Below, piece by piece: positions 21,886 to 32,407 of a stretch of DNA of 64,000 nt (position 1 is its first letter; the number at the start of each line of letters is the position of its first letter). Location of the stretch: assembly GCA_946965045.2 (NCBI GenBank), contig OX337232.1:1426001-1490000 (forward strand), in the 5' to 3' direction. The stretch is from Epithemia pelagica. Its lineage: Eukaryota > Protista > Bacillariophyta. The position numbers were made by a program, and so were the translations under genes. The notes beneath the pieces were generated by a model. The model saw only the letters and a list, made by a program, of their open reading frames with translations, made no database searches and was not told the origin of the DNA.

Positions 21886-23700
21886 CTAGAGGGATTCTGT
21901 AAAATCCTTCCCAAGCTGGTCCACATCAACCACCACCGCCGTTCCCTTGTCTTGTACATTGCGAACGTCCTCTCGCGAAACGTATTTGATGCCATCCTTG
22001 GCTGCTCTTTCTCCTTCTTGGTATATTTGAGTTGACTGGACAATTCCTTCTTCCTCATTGGTGTCGGCGGGCCCCTCCAGAGCCAAATTATCCAGCAATT
22101 CGTCCAAGGTGATTTGTTGGTCGTCATCATTTTCATCCTCATCAGCGTCGCCACCTTCGCTGGCCATGTCATCATCTTTGGTTTTGATGTCATTGTCCTG
22201 GTTTTCTGATTCAGTATTGTTTTTCCGTATTCTAGCCGGCTGTTTGTAGAGATTCATATTGAGACGCATTTCTTTATCAGCCTCCACCTCTTGAAGAAAT
22301 TCTTCTTCGTCCATTTCGTCGCGTTCCTCCATGGCCGCGCTTCCATTCTGTCGTTTGTTACGACTGCGTGTACCTTCTTCCTCTTCCCCTGCCTTGACCT
22401 CCAATCGTTGCAAACGCCAGACTCGAGATCCTTGCGGATTGGATGATCCCACGGCTGCACCACCATACAATTTGCGAATCACGACCACGTCTGGAAAGGA
22501 GCCGTCCATGCGTGCCTGTTCGGCATCTTCATCCGCCAGATTGGTATCTCCTAAATCATAGCCCACACAGACATCGCCCGATTTCATGAGATATCCTACA
22601 TGTGACCTTTCTTCGCACTGTTTGTCATTAACTCCCAGGTCGTCTTCTCGGGCAACCGTGAGACTGGCCAACCGACTCTTTTGCTTGCGTGTCGGAGTGC
22701 GTTTGGACACATTTTTGCGCAAAAACACGGGTTCCTTGCCCAGCACAACATAACGAGTCATTCGAGACTTGGCCGCAGTGATGATTGGTCGAAGGGGTTC
22801 TCTCCAAAAGACTTCAGGAGTCATGGATGCGGTTTGACCAGAGCATGGATCAATCAAATGAATCACATTGGAAATGTTCTTGACCAACACCAGTCGAGAA
22901 ATATTACCCAAATTTCGAGCCATTTTGACGGGAAGAAAGAGTAAATCATCTTTACACAAGGGACAGATTTCAACGAGGTTTGTGTATTTGAAATTGGCAA
23001 TGTTGGACTTCACATCGGTGCTGATGAGTTTTTTGGAAGTTTTGACTTTGATAGGACATACATTCTCCAAAAAGGAAATAAATCGTGCTGCCTTGCCCTT
23101 GTCGGGAAAGTAAAAGTCCATACCATCTCGGAAGGTTTCAATACTAAGACATCCACGATGAGCTTCATGCTTTAGAATGAGCTGTTCCAAGTACAAAAAG
23201 GTTCTCTTGTGACGAACACGTTGACGAACCTGAACCAACGAGTTCCATGATCCTTGTCGGAATTCTGCTTGACATTCGATGCACTGTTGATTGCGAACTA
23301 TAAAAGTCACGGTAAATGATTGCTGCAATATGGTTCCTTTCTGAACTTCGCGTTGAACCGTCAGTCGAACAATGAGTCGCATACTATGCGGTTCCGTCCA
23401 GATCCACCCTGCGTCAACCAATCGGATCTTGGGTTGACCCGACTGTTGTTTGGAGGACTTAAGTCCATTGACATGGCTCAAACAAAGTCCCATGAGCTCC
23501 CGACTTTCCAATTCACAGGCAATCCATTTGCCCGCGTCCTTGTGCCATCTTCCACACCCACGACATTGATGGAGGGTGGCTTCCGTACTGATCCCCTTGG
23601 TAATATCTGATCGACTCGCCAAACATGCTGAGCAAGTGTTGGCCGGGTTTGGTTCAATCAGAACCCCGCACATGCAACAGAGAACTCTTGTCATGGTCAT
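21886..23700 (-). CDS. NMD3: 60S ribosomal export adaptor NMD3
   Basis: CCMCG..I.PN.AN.C..C, LVDAGWIWTEPHSMR, QVRQRV.HKRTFLYLEQLILKH, GMDFYF, NLVEICPLCKDDL. Confidence 0.95.
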   Translation of the reverse strand: MTMTRVLCCMCGVLIEPNPANTCSACLASRSDITKGISTEATLHQCRGCGRWHKDAGKWIACELESRELMGLCLSHVNGLKSSKQQSGQPKIRLVDAGWIWTEPHSMRLIVRLTVQREVQKGTILQQSFTVTFIVRNQQCIECQAEFRQGSWNSLVQVRQRVRHKRTFLYLEQLILKHEAHRGCLSIETFRDGMDFYFPDKGKAARFISFLENVCPIKVKTSKKLISTDVKSNIANFKYTNLVEICPLCKDDLLFLPVKMARNLGNISRLVLVKNISNVIHLIDPCSGQTASMTPEVFWREPLRPIITAAKSRMTRYVVLGKEPVFLRKNVSKRTPTRKQKSRLASLTVAREDDLGVNDKQCEERSHVGYLMKSGDVCVGYDLGDTNLADEDAEQARMDGSFPDVVVIRKLYGGAAVGSSNPQGSRVWRLQRLEVKAGEEEEGTRSRNKRQNGSAAMEERDEMDEEEFLQEVEADKEMRLNMNLYKQPARIRKNNTESENQDNDIKTKDDDMASEGGDADEDENDDDQQITLDELLDNLALEGPADTNEEEGIVQSTQIYQEGERAAKDGIKYVSREDVRNVQDKGTAVVVDVDQLGKDFTESL

Positions 23701-24116
23701 GATGGCAAAGTAAAGACAACGGTCGGTACCTCCCTTGATGTTAACACCCAAGTGCCCTGGAACTAAATAAAAAAATGTGGGCGCAACACAGAAACGCAAG
23801 AATCGGTGGTCGATGCAAGAGAAGAACTGTCAGACCGACGGACGACGTATACGTCCGTCCGCTCTCCGTTCCATTTGGGTAGATTCAAATTTCAAATTCC
23901 ATGTCTTTTAACCGTAAACGCTATACAACTAATACTTGTCAAGGACCGTCAATAGCTCCACTTGGGAATCCATTCGATCCAGCTCTTGATAGAGGTCCCT
24001 CGTCAGATGTTTCACTTCGGCAGACGCTTCGTCCTTAAACGTGGCACATTTCGGAACCATCATGGACATTGTAAAGCCATAGTTGGCCGTGAACACATCT
24101 TCACAAGCCTCAAATT

Positions 24117-26045
24117 TCAGACTCTGGGTTGGTTAAGTGAGGGTAGCTCAAAGAATGGAAGTCTGTCTGGACTGCAGTTCAGATCCACTGCCATGGTTTG
24201 TATCCTCATCGTCACTGAGCTCATGAGCTGATCGTTTGCTCCATCAGCGTCGTCCATCATGGAGTCTTCGGAAGTCCAGCCAGCATCATCAAATGATTCA
24301 TCGAAAGAGACACAATCCTCAACTGGCACCTCCTTAGGAACAGCACTTGCTTTCATTGAGTTTGGGATGACGTACTTGATCATTTCCAATGTCTTGACAT
24401 AACTCTCAACCAGCCCTTTCTGCGCTACTGGTATGCGGACCGTGCGGAATTAAACATCATTTGGGACCACAAAGATTACCTTTATCTCATTGATCTCTTT
24501 TTGTACGGCTTCTGGAATGTTGTAAGCAAATTCATGCCAGAACCGTATCATATTGAAGCCGTGCTCTTTGGCCATAGTAAATTGAAGGCAAAGCAGCGTT
24601 CCATCACCAAGAAGAATGGCTGCATCTATGTTGGCAAAGTTGGGAACACTTGGTTTCCAATACAGCCACTCCGCTTTGAAACTTTGCAAACCGTCAATCG
24701 CACGTCCAGTTGCCTGGACGTAATTGGGATTTGGAGACATTTCCATGCCCTGTTCTTTGCTTCCAGATAGAAGAGCTTGTTGCCTTGCCGCTTCCTTCTG
24801 CCACGCATCAATGGCTGTCTCGACCAGTTTATGCCCCCAGAGTTCAAAATGCCAACCAAATAAGCTCGTATTTCCGGTGCTCTTTGCATAAATCATGGCT
24901 TTGTTCACCTCCTCCAACTCCAGTTTAGCCCAGAGACGACGGGCCACGAATGATGAAGCCAAAACCAATGTCGTCTCAAAGTGGGGCCTGTCAGATTTAA
25001 CGCTTCTTTTAGGTTCGACCACGCTCATGGCACGTAGACGGTCTAAACTGTTCCGGTCAGCATTCGGGGTCGTGCTGTAATAAGCCATTTTGACTACATC
25101 GTTGTTTGCCTGCGCCTTAACAACTCCGCCAATCCGGTCTCGCGCACTCTGCAGCTCTATTTCATCCGCTTCCGCGTTGGACGCGCACTTGAGAGCAAGC
25201 CTGATACTGCCCCCCGTAACGTCATAGATTCTCTCAACTGCAGCCCGACTGCATTGCTTGAGACTCTTGAGAGCCTTGAAGATGTCATCGAACGACCATG
25301 CGTCAATGAGAAAATGAAATTCGTCCATATTCTCTTGTTTCGGGTGAGGACATCCTCCACTGGTGACCAGATCGGCTCTCGTTGGCCTTTCGTTGTCAAA
25401 ATACTTTGGCCCATCGACAACGATTTTGATGCCTGGGCACCCACGCTCTTGTTAATATCCCCATTAAAGAAGGCAGAGTTGATTGCTCTGCACACGGATG
25501 GGACGCTGTATTGCTTGTCGACAAAGCGACTCGCCAGAATTTCAACGGTGTTCATGTCGACTCTAGTCATTCAAAACACAGAGATGAATTTTTCCGTGTA
25601 CTTTTCTCACGTACAAGACGGCCTTGTAATTCCTGAAGGAAGCAACTGCAATTGCTGCCAAAAATTCAAAAACAGACGTGCCAATCCCAGGAGAACCAAA
25701 CACAACGGTCACTTTGTCGGCGTGATAAAGACGGTGCTTGAGTGTTCTTTCCAAGTAGCTACGCACGAATATTCGATTTGGTAGAAAGCGCTCTACGCCT
25801 TCCTCAAGTGTCTCACTGACTCTGATGCCGTCCAAGCACGATAGATCGAGGACACCATCCTCACCCACCTTGAAACGTATTGTACCATCCGAGTCTTTGG
25901 AAAAAAGTTCGTCCACTTTCACGGAGCATGCCTTGTCGAGACGGTACTCGACATCACGGCGCTTGATCGTCGCATTTCGTTTGATCTTGGCATACTCTCT
26001 TGCTTTGCCATCTTCGGCAGTCGTCGATTCGTTCATCGTCGCCAT
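24117..26045 (-). pseudogene. Crinkler/RHS-like P-loop NTPase + REase-fold gene, frameshifted
   Basis: VFGSPGIGTS (Walker A with K>T), IVVDGP (Walker B-like), LVTSGG, and a C-terminal P..PNFANIDA...LQFT..KEH. Split over at least four frames by frameshifts near 25600, 25450 and 24450 plus a TGA. Confidence 0.6.
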
Positions 26046-26150
26046 CGTGTGAACAAAAGGTTTACTGCTCCTGCTCTTGCTTGTAGGAATTCTGACTGCT
26101 TGATAAAAAGCGAGCAACTGATGGGGAGGCTTCTCGGTACATTTTAGTAG

Positions 26151-26194
26151 GCTTGTCCTCATATGAGGACAAGCGCTGTCCTCATATGAGGACA
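26151..26194. repeat. Tandem perfect palindromes
   Basis: gcttgtcctcatatgaggacaagc (24 bp) followed by tgtcctcatatgaggaca (18 bp). Confidence 0.9.
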
Positions 26195-26261
26195 AACTGG
26201 GGTAGAATAGACACCACTTAGAAGACGCCAAATCGGTGCACACAGCCCTTACCCGTCGGTT

Positions 26262-26474
26262 CGAAAGATATCCACAGCGGACGCTATTACTCACGGTGTA
26301 GTTCACAACGACAAGTTCAGAGCATTCAGCAGAAGAGTGAGCACCTCAAGGTGTGCTCCTCGCATAACGTTACACTAGGATACTTTATCGCTAAATACTG
26401 ACTCGCCAACCTCTCTTGCGCGCCAGTCGAACACGTGCGGGCGTGACCGGTACTCGCGCTACCACATTTATTCG
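26262..26474 (-). repeat. 3' LTR (CG...CG termini)
   Basis: Direct repeat of 32408-32620, preceded on the minus strand by the short purine-rich tract CGAGGAGAC. Confidence 0.92.
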
Positions 26475-26518
26475 GTCTCCTCGGGGATTTTGCATTTCTT
26501 GAATCAAAAGCCTCGACT

Positions 26519-29500
26519 TTAATAGGTGAAGCGCATCAACAAATAGTCGCGCCGTTTGTCTGGCAGAGGTTTGGTAAATAGGTCGGCAAGGTTAGTATGT
26601 GTGCCTTCTTTGGCCACTCTGATGGTGCCAGAAGCCACTGCTTCACGGGCACGATGGTAACTTATGCTCGTATGCTTCTTTCTCAGGGTCGAGTCAGGAA
26701 TCGAGCTATTTTTGAAGACGGCATCATTGTCGCAGAACACGTCGGTCGGTCCCTCCAAAGGGACACCGAACATTCGTAGCTTATACCGCAGGCCTTCGAT
26801 TTGCTCCACTGCGGTTTTCATCGCAATGAATTCGCTCCCGAAAGTACTGGTTTCCACGGTGTTCTGCCTCTTACTATACCACATAATTGGGGCACGATTG
26901 ACGAATATGAGTATACCCGTCTGCGACCGTCTTGTGACTCTATCGCTTGCATGATCCGCATCAACGAAACAGTGCGTAGACACGGACTTCCCCCTCGGCT
27001 GTGGCATGTCTCCTGGAATGGATTCCCTTGCATCCCGATAGAAATCATGCCAATCAAAAGACTGAAATGACTTTTCACTGATCCTTGGGTATGTCGGGTC
27101 CATCCATAGTCGACGCTTCGGGTTAGCTTTTAGGTATGCACAGATATGATAGAGCTGCTCCAAATGACCTTGTCGTGGCATGGCCAAGAACGTCGACATC
27201 ATGGCAGTCTCCAGGAGAATGTCAACACGACCCAACTCCACTGCCCATCGTAGGATACCGATCAGTTCTTGGTACCGCTGTAATCCGTCGGCCTTGAGCT
27301 CAGGACTCGTATCTTCTTCGGGCCTATATTTGTATTGAAGTGGAGTTTTCACTTTTAATGGCAATCGTTGATTCTTCTCAGCCAGTGATTTCTCGATATT
27401 CTCCAGTGCGGCTCGAACGTACTTCTCGGATGAGATGTACCATCCTTCTACACCATCGAACTCCATCGTGCCAAGCTGTGCCCCAAGATACATGTCGGGA
27501 GGTTCGATCTTATCATCCTTGAGCTTGAAGACATGTTGAACGGATTTCAGGATTTCATCTGACTTCTGTGACATTGCTAACAAGTCATCAACATAACAGA
27601 GGACGTATTCATAATACTCCTCGCCATCTGACTTTACTGCCGGCCTCAACCACACATCAGGGTCGGCCTTTGAAGGTTTGAATCCGATATCATGGAGAGT
27701 CTCTGCGAGGTGGGCTCGAAATGCTGCCCCGCTAGACTTGAGTCCATAGAGAGCTTTCTTAATAATCATGATAGTCCCTTCCTCAGACCCTAGTTCGGGT
27801 CCCGCAACGAACCATATCTTCTCTCGACAATTCGCAGTCAGGTACGCATTCTGTATGTCACACGCCGAAATCTTGAGACCGTTCAAGGCTGCAATGAGGA
27901 GGGCAATACGAACTGAGTCCCGCGAGACGACAGAAGAGTACGTCAACGAGGATGGTGTCTCCGTAAGATGGCCCCCTGCCACAAATCTTGCCTTGCGCCG
28001 GAAGTTTTCCCCCATCTTGATGTCAAACACTATGTGACACTTTATCTGCTGATATCCGGGCGGCAATTCACTTGCTGGTTTCTCCCATGCCTCAAAGCCA
28101 GGCCTGACATTCTTCATTTCTTTACAAATGGCGTCCCACCATAATGTGTTGCCATTTTCTTTGTCCAGGGCGATTGCCTCTGCAACTGTCTTCGGCACCC
28201 GAATGCCAAACTTGTGCGTACGGAGCCAATATTTGGATTTCACCTTTGCCAAGATACGGTTCCTCTTCTTGAGCACGTGGGGTACCCACCAAGCGAATGC
28301 GGGCTCCATGGCTATTCGTGAGCCAACCGCATATTCGGCCACTTGGACGGGGTAAGATTCTTTAATGTCCTTCAAAGCAATCCAATTGGTCGACCCGTCC
28401 TTCCATTGGACAAGCAATTCCCAACCAATGGTGGTTTGCCTCCGTCTCTTGGTCCCGGTGTTGGTGGTTACGAATGCATCCTGTTGCTTGACCTCTTTGC
28501 CGTTGGTCCGATGACCAATGATTTCATCCATGAGTACTTGTCTGTTGCCATCATCATCTACTTGGGCAAACAGGTTCTCGGCAATGTAATTTGCAGCAAG
28601 TGCAACTTTGGTGCCGTCGGGGTATTCGACCTCGTACATACGAGTATCGAGGATGGGGTTGTCATGTGCAACTCCAATGGGAATGCCATTTGCATCGCGG
28701 AGACGCTTGGTGACTTTCGCAAACGCCGGATGGGCGTCATCACCACGTGGCAAAGCAAGTTCCATGTTGATGTACGTGTCGTCGTACACCTCAGGAGTGA
28801 AATTAGTATCTGCCTCCTTGACCTCATCATTGGAGACTACGTCATGAAACTCAGCCGCGAAGTCGGCGTCATGTTCCAGGGGATCAAGGTCCCAGTCGTT
28901 TGGCCTGGTTTTGCCTCCATGAGGGAGGAAATGCGCAGCGTCATTAAGCTGTTGTTGGATGTTGGTGTCGAAACGAGCGAGTCGTTCTTTGATGTCGGTG
29001 GTTTCCAGTTCCAAATTGGTAACACGGGAAACGGTGGTGCGGGAAATCACGGTGCCTTGGGTGGTGAGCAACCAATAGGACATAAGGCTACCGATCCTGT
29101 GAGAGACTCCGAGCCATCGGCCAAGCTTGGTTTCACCCAACCCAGCATTGTCGTTATACCAACAAGGGTCGTAAAAGGAGAAATCAAGGTACTCGGAGAT
29201 ATCAGGGGTCTCACCGGTAACGGCTTCTAGGCTGGTTCTGTCGTTGAGAGAGCCAGCTGAACTGGAAGTTCGTTGCATAATCTCACAGACCCATCTGAGC
29301 CCATAGTCCCAGAGTCGACGTGGAACGCGGCGACGATGCATGATGCGAAACCATCGTTTCCGTGCCTCGCGAATAACACCTTCAACCTTGGACTGGTTAT
29401 GTCGATAGGGCTCGGCCTGTTGGTGATCAATGTGATGTTTGCGGACCTGGTCCTGAAAGACCGTCCGTTTACCCGTTTGTTCTTGAGAACCATCGCTAAT

Positions 29501-30664
29501 GATGGTATCGGGCACCCCAAAATCAGCAATAAACCGTTTGAGGGCCTCTCCGGCATCAGTTTTTCTTTCCATGGGGTACGCGACAACGAAATTGTAGGAC
29601 GTGGCAAATATCTGAGCGTGCCGATTGCCGTCCAAAGTTTGATACCGACCATCCATGGTATCCGTGTAAACTATGCCGCGGACTCGCGGCCTTTCAAACA
29701 TTCGATCTGCGCGGTACCGTCGCGCCAACGGGAGTATGGCGGACCGGACGACACGCTGTGTTGTCGCTTTCATTGTATTCTTGGCCTGAGCGATGCCAAT
29801 GTGCCATCGCTCGCTGAGCATTGTTGCGGTCACGTCACCATGGCGATCTGTGGACTGAAAAGTCCTCTCGGATGGTATATCAAGACGTGGCAAGAACCGT
29901 CCATCCACCTCGTCCACTTCGACAGCGCTGACGATACGACGAGCGATATTCGAAGGATGATACATCGTGGTATCGAGGACGTCGCTGGAGGCGATGGTTT
30001 GTATGCTGTAATGTGGTTCTGCAACTCTTGTGACTGGGAATTGAACTGTTCTCGGATCCCAATCATGTGGTGAGGATAAGATGAGTCGAGGCAATTCCTC
30101 GAGCTCCTGTTGAGATGGCGTCCTGGATTCGAAATATATCACAGTCCCAGCCGTTTGTAACGGGATGACAACATCCTCTGTTTCTATTTGGAGTGGTCTC
30201 TTGTCGTACGGATTGTCCTGTACGGTCACACCGTAATGTCTTGCTTGATTTTGATTGAGGAGGGTATGATCCAATCGATCGCCCATCCAGAGTGCCTCAT
30301 TGAACACAACAATGAACTCTTGCCCGTCGCCCTGCCTTGTCCAAACAGTGGCACCAGTGACAACGGGGACATTGGTGATTGCATCGTAATCCTTTGAATA
30401 CGGTGATACTTGGCATTCCTTGCCCGTGTATGACAATACACAACAATTTGCGCCGAGAACAATAGTGTCGGCGTGCGAATCAAGTTCAACTGTGCTATTG
30501 TGGATGCCATGATTTGGCTTGGCTTTCATACTGGAGGAAATGGTTTGGATACTGGACACGATCCTACAAATATATACTGGTCTCCCTACTCGATAATAGT
30601 CCATAAGAAATCGACAGAGATAACTCACGATTCTTAATAAACATTCGAATAGGGAGGGCAACAG
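26519..30664 (-). CDS. pol: Pol (protease, integrase, reverse transcriptase, RNase H; copia order)
   Basis: ELDSHADT (PR), YTDTMDG / SDGSQEQ / KVEGVIRE (IN), KKALYGLKSSG and YVDDLL (RT), CFVDADHA / EFIAM / CDN / ADLFTKPL (RH). In frame with gag after one TGA. Confidence 0.95.
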   Translation of the reverse strand: MLPSLFECLLRIVSYLCRFLMDYYRVGRPVYICRIVSSIQTISSSMKAKPNHGIHNSTVELDSHADTIVLGANCCVLSYTGKECQVSPYSKDYDAITNVPVVTGATVWTRQGDGQEFIVVFNEALWMGDRLDHTLLNQNQARHYGVTVQDNPYDKRPLQIETEDVVIPLQTAGTVIYFESRTPSQQELEELPRLILSSPHDWDPRTVQFPVTRVAEPHYSIQTIASSDVLDTTMYHPSNIARRIVSAVEVDEVDGRFLPRLDIPSERTFQSTDRHGDVTATMLSERWHIGIAQAKNTMKATTQRVVRSAILPLARRYRADRMFERPRVRGIVYTDTMDGRYQTLDGNRHAQIFATSYNFVVAYPMERKTDAGEALKRFIADFGVPDTIISDGSQEQTGKRTVFQDQVRKHHIDHQQAEPYRHNQSKVEGVIREARKRWFRIMHRRRVPRRLWDYGLRWVCEIMQRTSSSAGSLNDRTSLEAVTGETPDISEYLDFSFYDPCWYNDNAGLGETKLGRWLGVSHRIGSLMSYWLLTTQGTVISRTTVSRVTNLELETTDIKERLARFDTNIQQQLNDAAHFLPHGGKTRPNDWDLDPLEHDADFAAEFHDVVSNDEVKEADTNFTPEVYDDTYINMELALPRGDDAHPAFAKVTKRLRDANGIPIGVAHDNPILDTRMYEVEYPDGTKVALAANYIAENLFAQVDDDGNRQVLMDEIIGHRTNGKEVKQQDAFVTTNTGTKRRRQTTIGWELLVQWKDGSTNWIALKDIKESYPVQVAEYAVGSRIAMEPAFAWWVPHVLKKRNRILAKVKSKYWLRTHKFGIRVPKTVAEAIALDKENGNTLWWDAICKEMKNVRPGFEAWEKPASELPPGYQQIKCHIVFDIKMGENFRRKARFVAGGHLTETPSSLTYSSVVSRDSVRIALLIAALNGLKISACDIQNAYLTANCREKIWFVAGPELGSEEGTIMIIKKALYGLKSSGAAFRAHLAETLHDIGFKPSKADPDVWLRPAVKSDGEEYYEYVLCYVDDLLAMSQKSDEILKSVQHVFKLKDDKIEPPDMYLGAQLGTMEFDGVEGWYISSEKYVRAALENIEKSLAEKNQRLPLKVKTPLQYKYRPEEDTSPELKADGLQRYQELIGILRWAVELGRVDILLETAMMSTFLAMPRQGHLEQLYHICAYLKANPKRRLWMDPTYPRISEKSFQSFDWHDFYRDARESIPGDMPQPRGKSVSTHCFVDADHASDRVTRRSQTGILIFVNRAPIMWYSKRQNTVETSTFGSEFIAMKTAVEQIEGLRYKLRMFGVPLEGPTDVFCDNDAVFKNSSIPDSTLRKKHTSISYHRAREAVASGTIRVAKEGTHTNLADLFTKPLPDKRRDYLLMRFTY

Positions 30665-30667
30665 TCA
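30582..30667 (-). promoter_or_regulatory. Putative stop-codon readthrough cassette (UGA-C, 8-nt spacer, extended stem-loop)
   Basis: UGA CUGUUGCC, then CUCCCUAUUCGA (30656-30645) pairing with UCGAGUAGGGAG (30593-30582): 12 bp with one G-U. Confidence 0.65.
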
Positions 30668-32140
30668 GTCCTTCTTGGACAAACGCTCACGGCGTCCTCC
30701 GAACATGTTGCCTGCGTCATCCGGGACTTTGTTCTTGTCCGACGCATCTTCACACTCCTTGCATTCATCCTTAGAAGAAAGGGAAGCAATCTGGCGTTTC
30801 ACCTCTGACAATGAGTCAACAATGGATGACAATTCCGAGGCCTTGCGCTTGTTGTTCTTCCTGGAGCTCGCGCCGCTCTTATTTTTGCGCTTTCGTTCCT
30901 CCATGACCTTATCCTTGTCATCGTTGGACAAGTCTTTCCAGTTTTTATAAAATCCAGTGAATATAGATCCATCTGGCATAAACACACCCTTTGTAGGGGC
31001 TTTTGACTTCTTTGCTGATAAGCCGCCACCACGGAGACGGTCAGCGCCGATTTCTGACACTTTGCGTGTCGTCTGGAACTCAGCAAGCTTGCTAACAGCT
31101 GCTGTCAAATGATTTGCAGCTTGCGTATACGTTAGCCCGTCCATATCAAAGCGGACTTCCAAGGCTTTGACGGTATCCTGTAGTTGTGAGTGTTGGACAC
31201 GTTTTAACAACTCACGAATCTTCGCTCCTTCCGAGTATGCTTCCCCCTCGTCTGCATAAATGTTGAACATCTTTTGCAGGCGATCGAGGAAGGAAGTAAA
31301 AGGCATCGATCGCTCGGAACGGTAGTGGAGTCCTTCCCTCATGCGGTCAGCAGTGGCAATACGTCGACTGGCATTGCCCTCACCAGCATAGTGGTCGCGA
31401 AGGGCGGCCATGTCGCGACGACCATCGGCGTGACGGGAAAGATGTTGGATCCACTGCTCGGCTGTTTCCGTTACAAGAAAGTTCTTCAGCAACTGGTGGA
31501 CTTTGCGAGCATCAGCCTTGAAGAAATTGCCATTCAGCCTAGCGCAAGCCACCATCTTGGCTTGAAAATCGTTGCCAAAGTCGGTTGCGAAATCTGGGTT
31601 CTCGTTGACGCGAACGACGTATGACAAGGGAACGCCATAGACCCCAGGAATCGTGCTTAAGTAGTTGACAAAAGCAGGTTCCCAGTCTGGCCAACGTCGT
31701 TCGTCTTTAAACTTGCCTGGATCTGCGGCCTTGCTCACCGTGTCCACTTGGTCAGCCTCCACTTTACGAGTCGCGGCGCGTTCAATAGCGACCGTGAGGG
31801 CAGCCTTCATCGCGTCTGCATCGTTGATACCGTTGATAGTGGGTACTTGAGAGCACCGGTCAAAATCTTGAACCCAATGCATGACTCCCACTAACCATTT
31901 CGTCCGGCGCATTCCAAATGTAATGCGTCCATTAGCGGCCGACCGCTTTTCGAAGCTTTCCGCCATGTCGCGCAGGTCCGTTTCAGTCACACCGATGAAT
32001 CCAGAGAGATCATCGAAGCCTCCTTCATTGCAAATGGCATTTCGATGAGCGTTGTCTAGGAAGCCAATCCATTCCAGAACTTGATGGATAGGAGTCAAAG
32101 CAGGTGCGACGGGTGCAACGACTGGGGGAGCAGCGGCCAT
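30665..32140 (-). CDS. gag: Gag
   Basis: 491-aa ORF after the 5' UTR: W..WEPAFVNYLSTIPG..GVPLSYVVR, GRRDMAALRDHYAGEG, LHYRSERSMPF. Confidence 0.88.
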   Translation of the reverse strand: MAAAPPVVAPVAPALTPIHQVLEWIGFLDNAHRNAICNEGGFDDLSGFIGVTETDLRDMAESFEKRSAANGRITFGMRRTKWLVGVMHWVQDFDRCSQVPTINGINDADAMKAALTVAIERAATRKVEADQVDTVSKAADPGKFKDERRWPDWEPAFVNYLSTIPGVYGVPLSYVVRVNENPDFATDFGNDFQAKMVACARLNGNFFKADARKVHQLLKNFLVTETAEQWIQHLSRHADGRRDMAALRDHYAGEGNASRRIATADRMREGLHYRSERSMPFTSFLDRLQKMFNIYADEGEAYSEGAKIRELLKRVQHSQLQDTVKALEVRFDMDGLTYTQAANHLTAAVSKLAEFQTTRKVSEIGADRLRGGGLSAKKSKAPTKGVFMPDGSIFTGFYKNWKDLSNDDKDKVMEERKRKNKSGASSRKNNKRKASELSSIVDSLSEVKRQIASLSSKDECKECEDASDKNKVPDDAGNMFGGRRERLSKKD

Positions 32141-32393
32141 TCTTTCTGTTCTTTTCTTTGAAGTTTAAGAGTTCCTGTTGTATAAGTAATACGAGATAAT
32201 GTGGTCAGATACTGTCGCAGTGAGAATGCGCTCGATGCGGGGATGATCAGGCCCTGCCATTTTGGGGTTTTCAGGGAAACGAAACCAATCGGTTAAACAC
32301 TTTCCCGACCGGACCCGAGAATCGTCTCACACGTCCTCATATGGAATTCGGTCATCTTCCGCGCTCTTTTCATACACTTAGCCATGTCTGCAC

Positions 32394-32407
32394 TGGGTCT
32401 GATAAAC
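32394..32407 (-). other. Primer-binding site complementary to a tRNA-Ile anticodon arm
   Basis: The plus strand reads TGGGT-CTGATAA-AC and abuts the LTR, with the same geometry as the PBS of the other element. Confidence 0.6.

Noticed and set aside
26597-31850. Plus-strand ORFs of up to 295 aa opposite gag-pol
   Set aside because: Antisense shadows of a long coding frame with no recognisable motifs.
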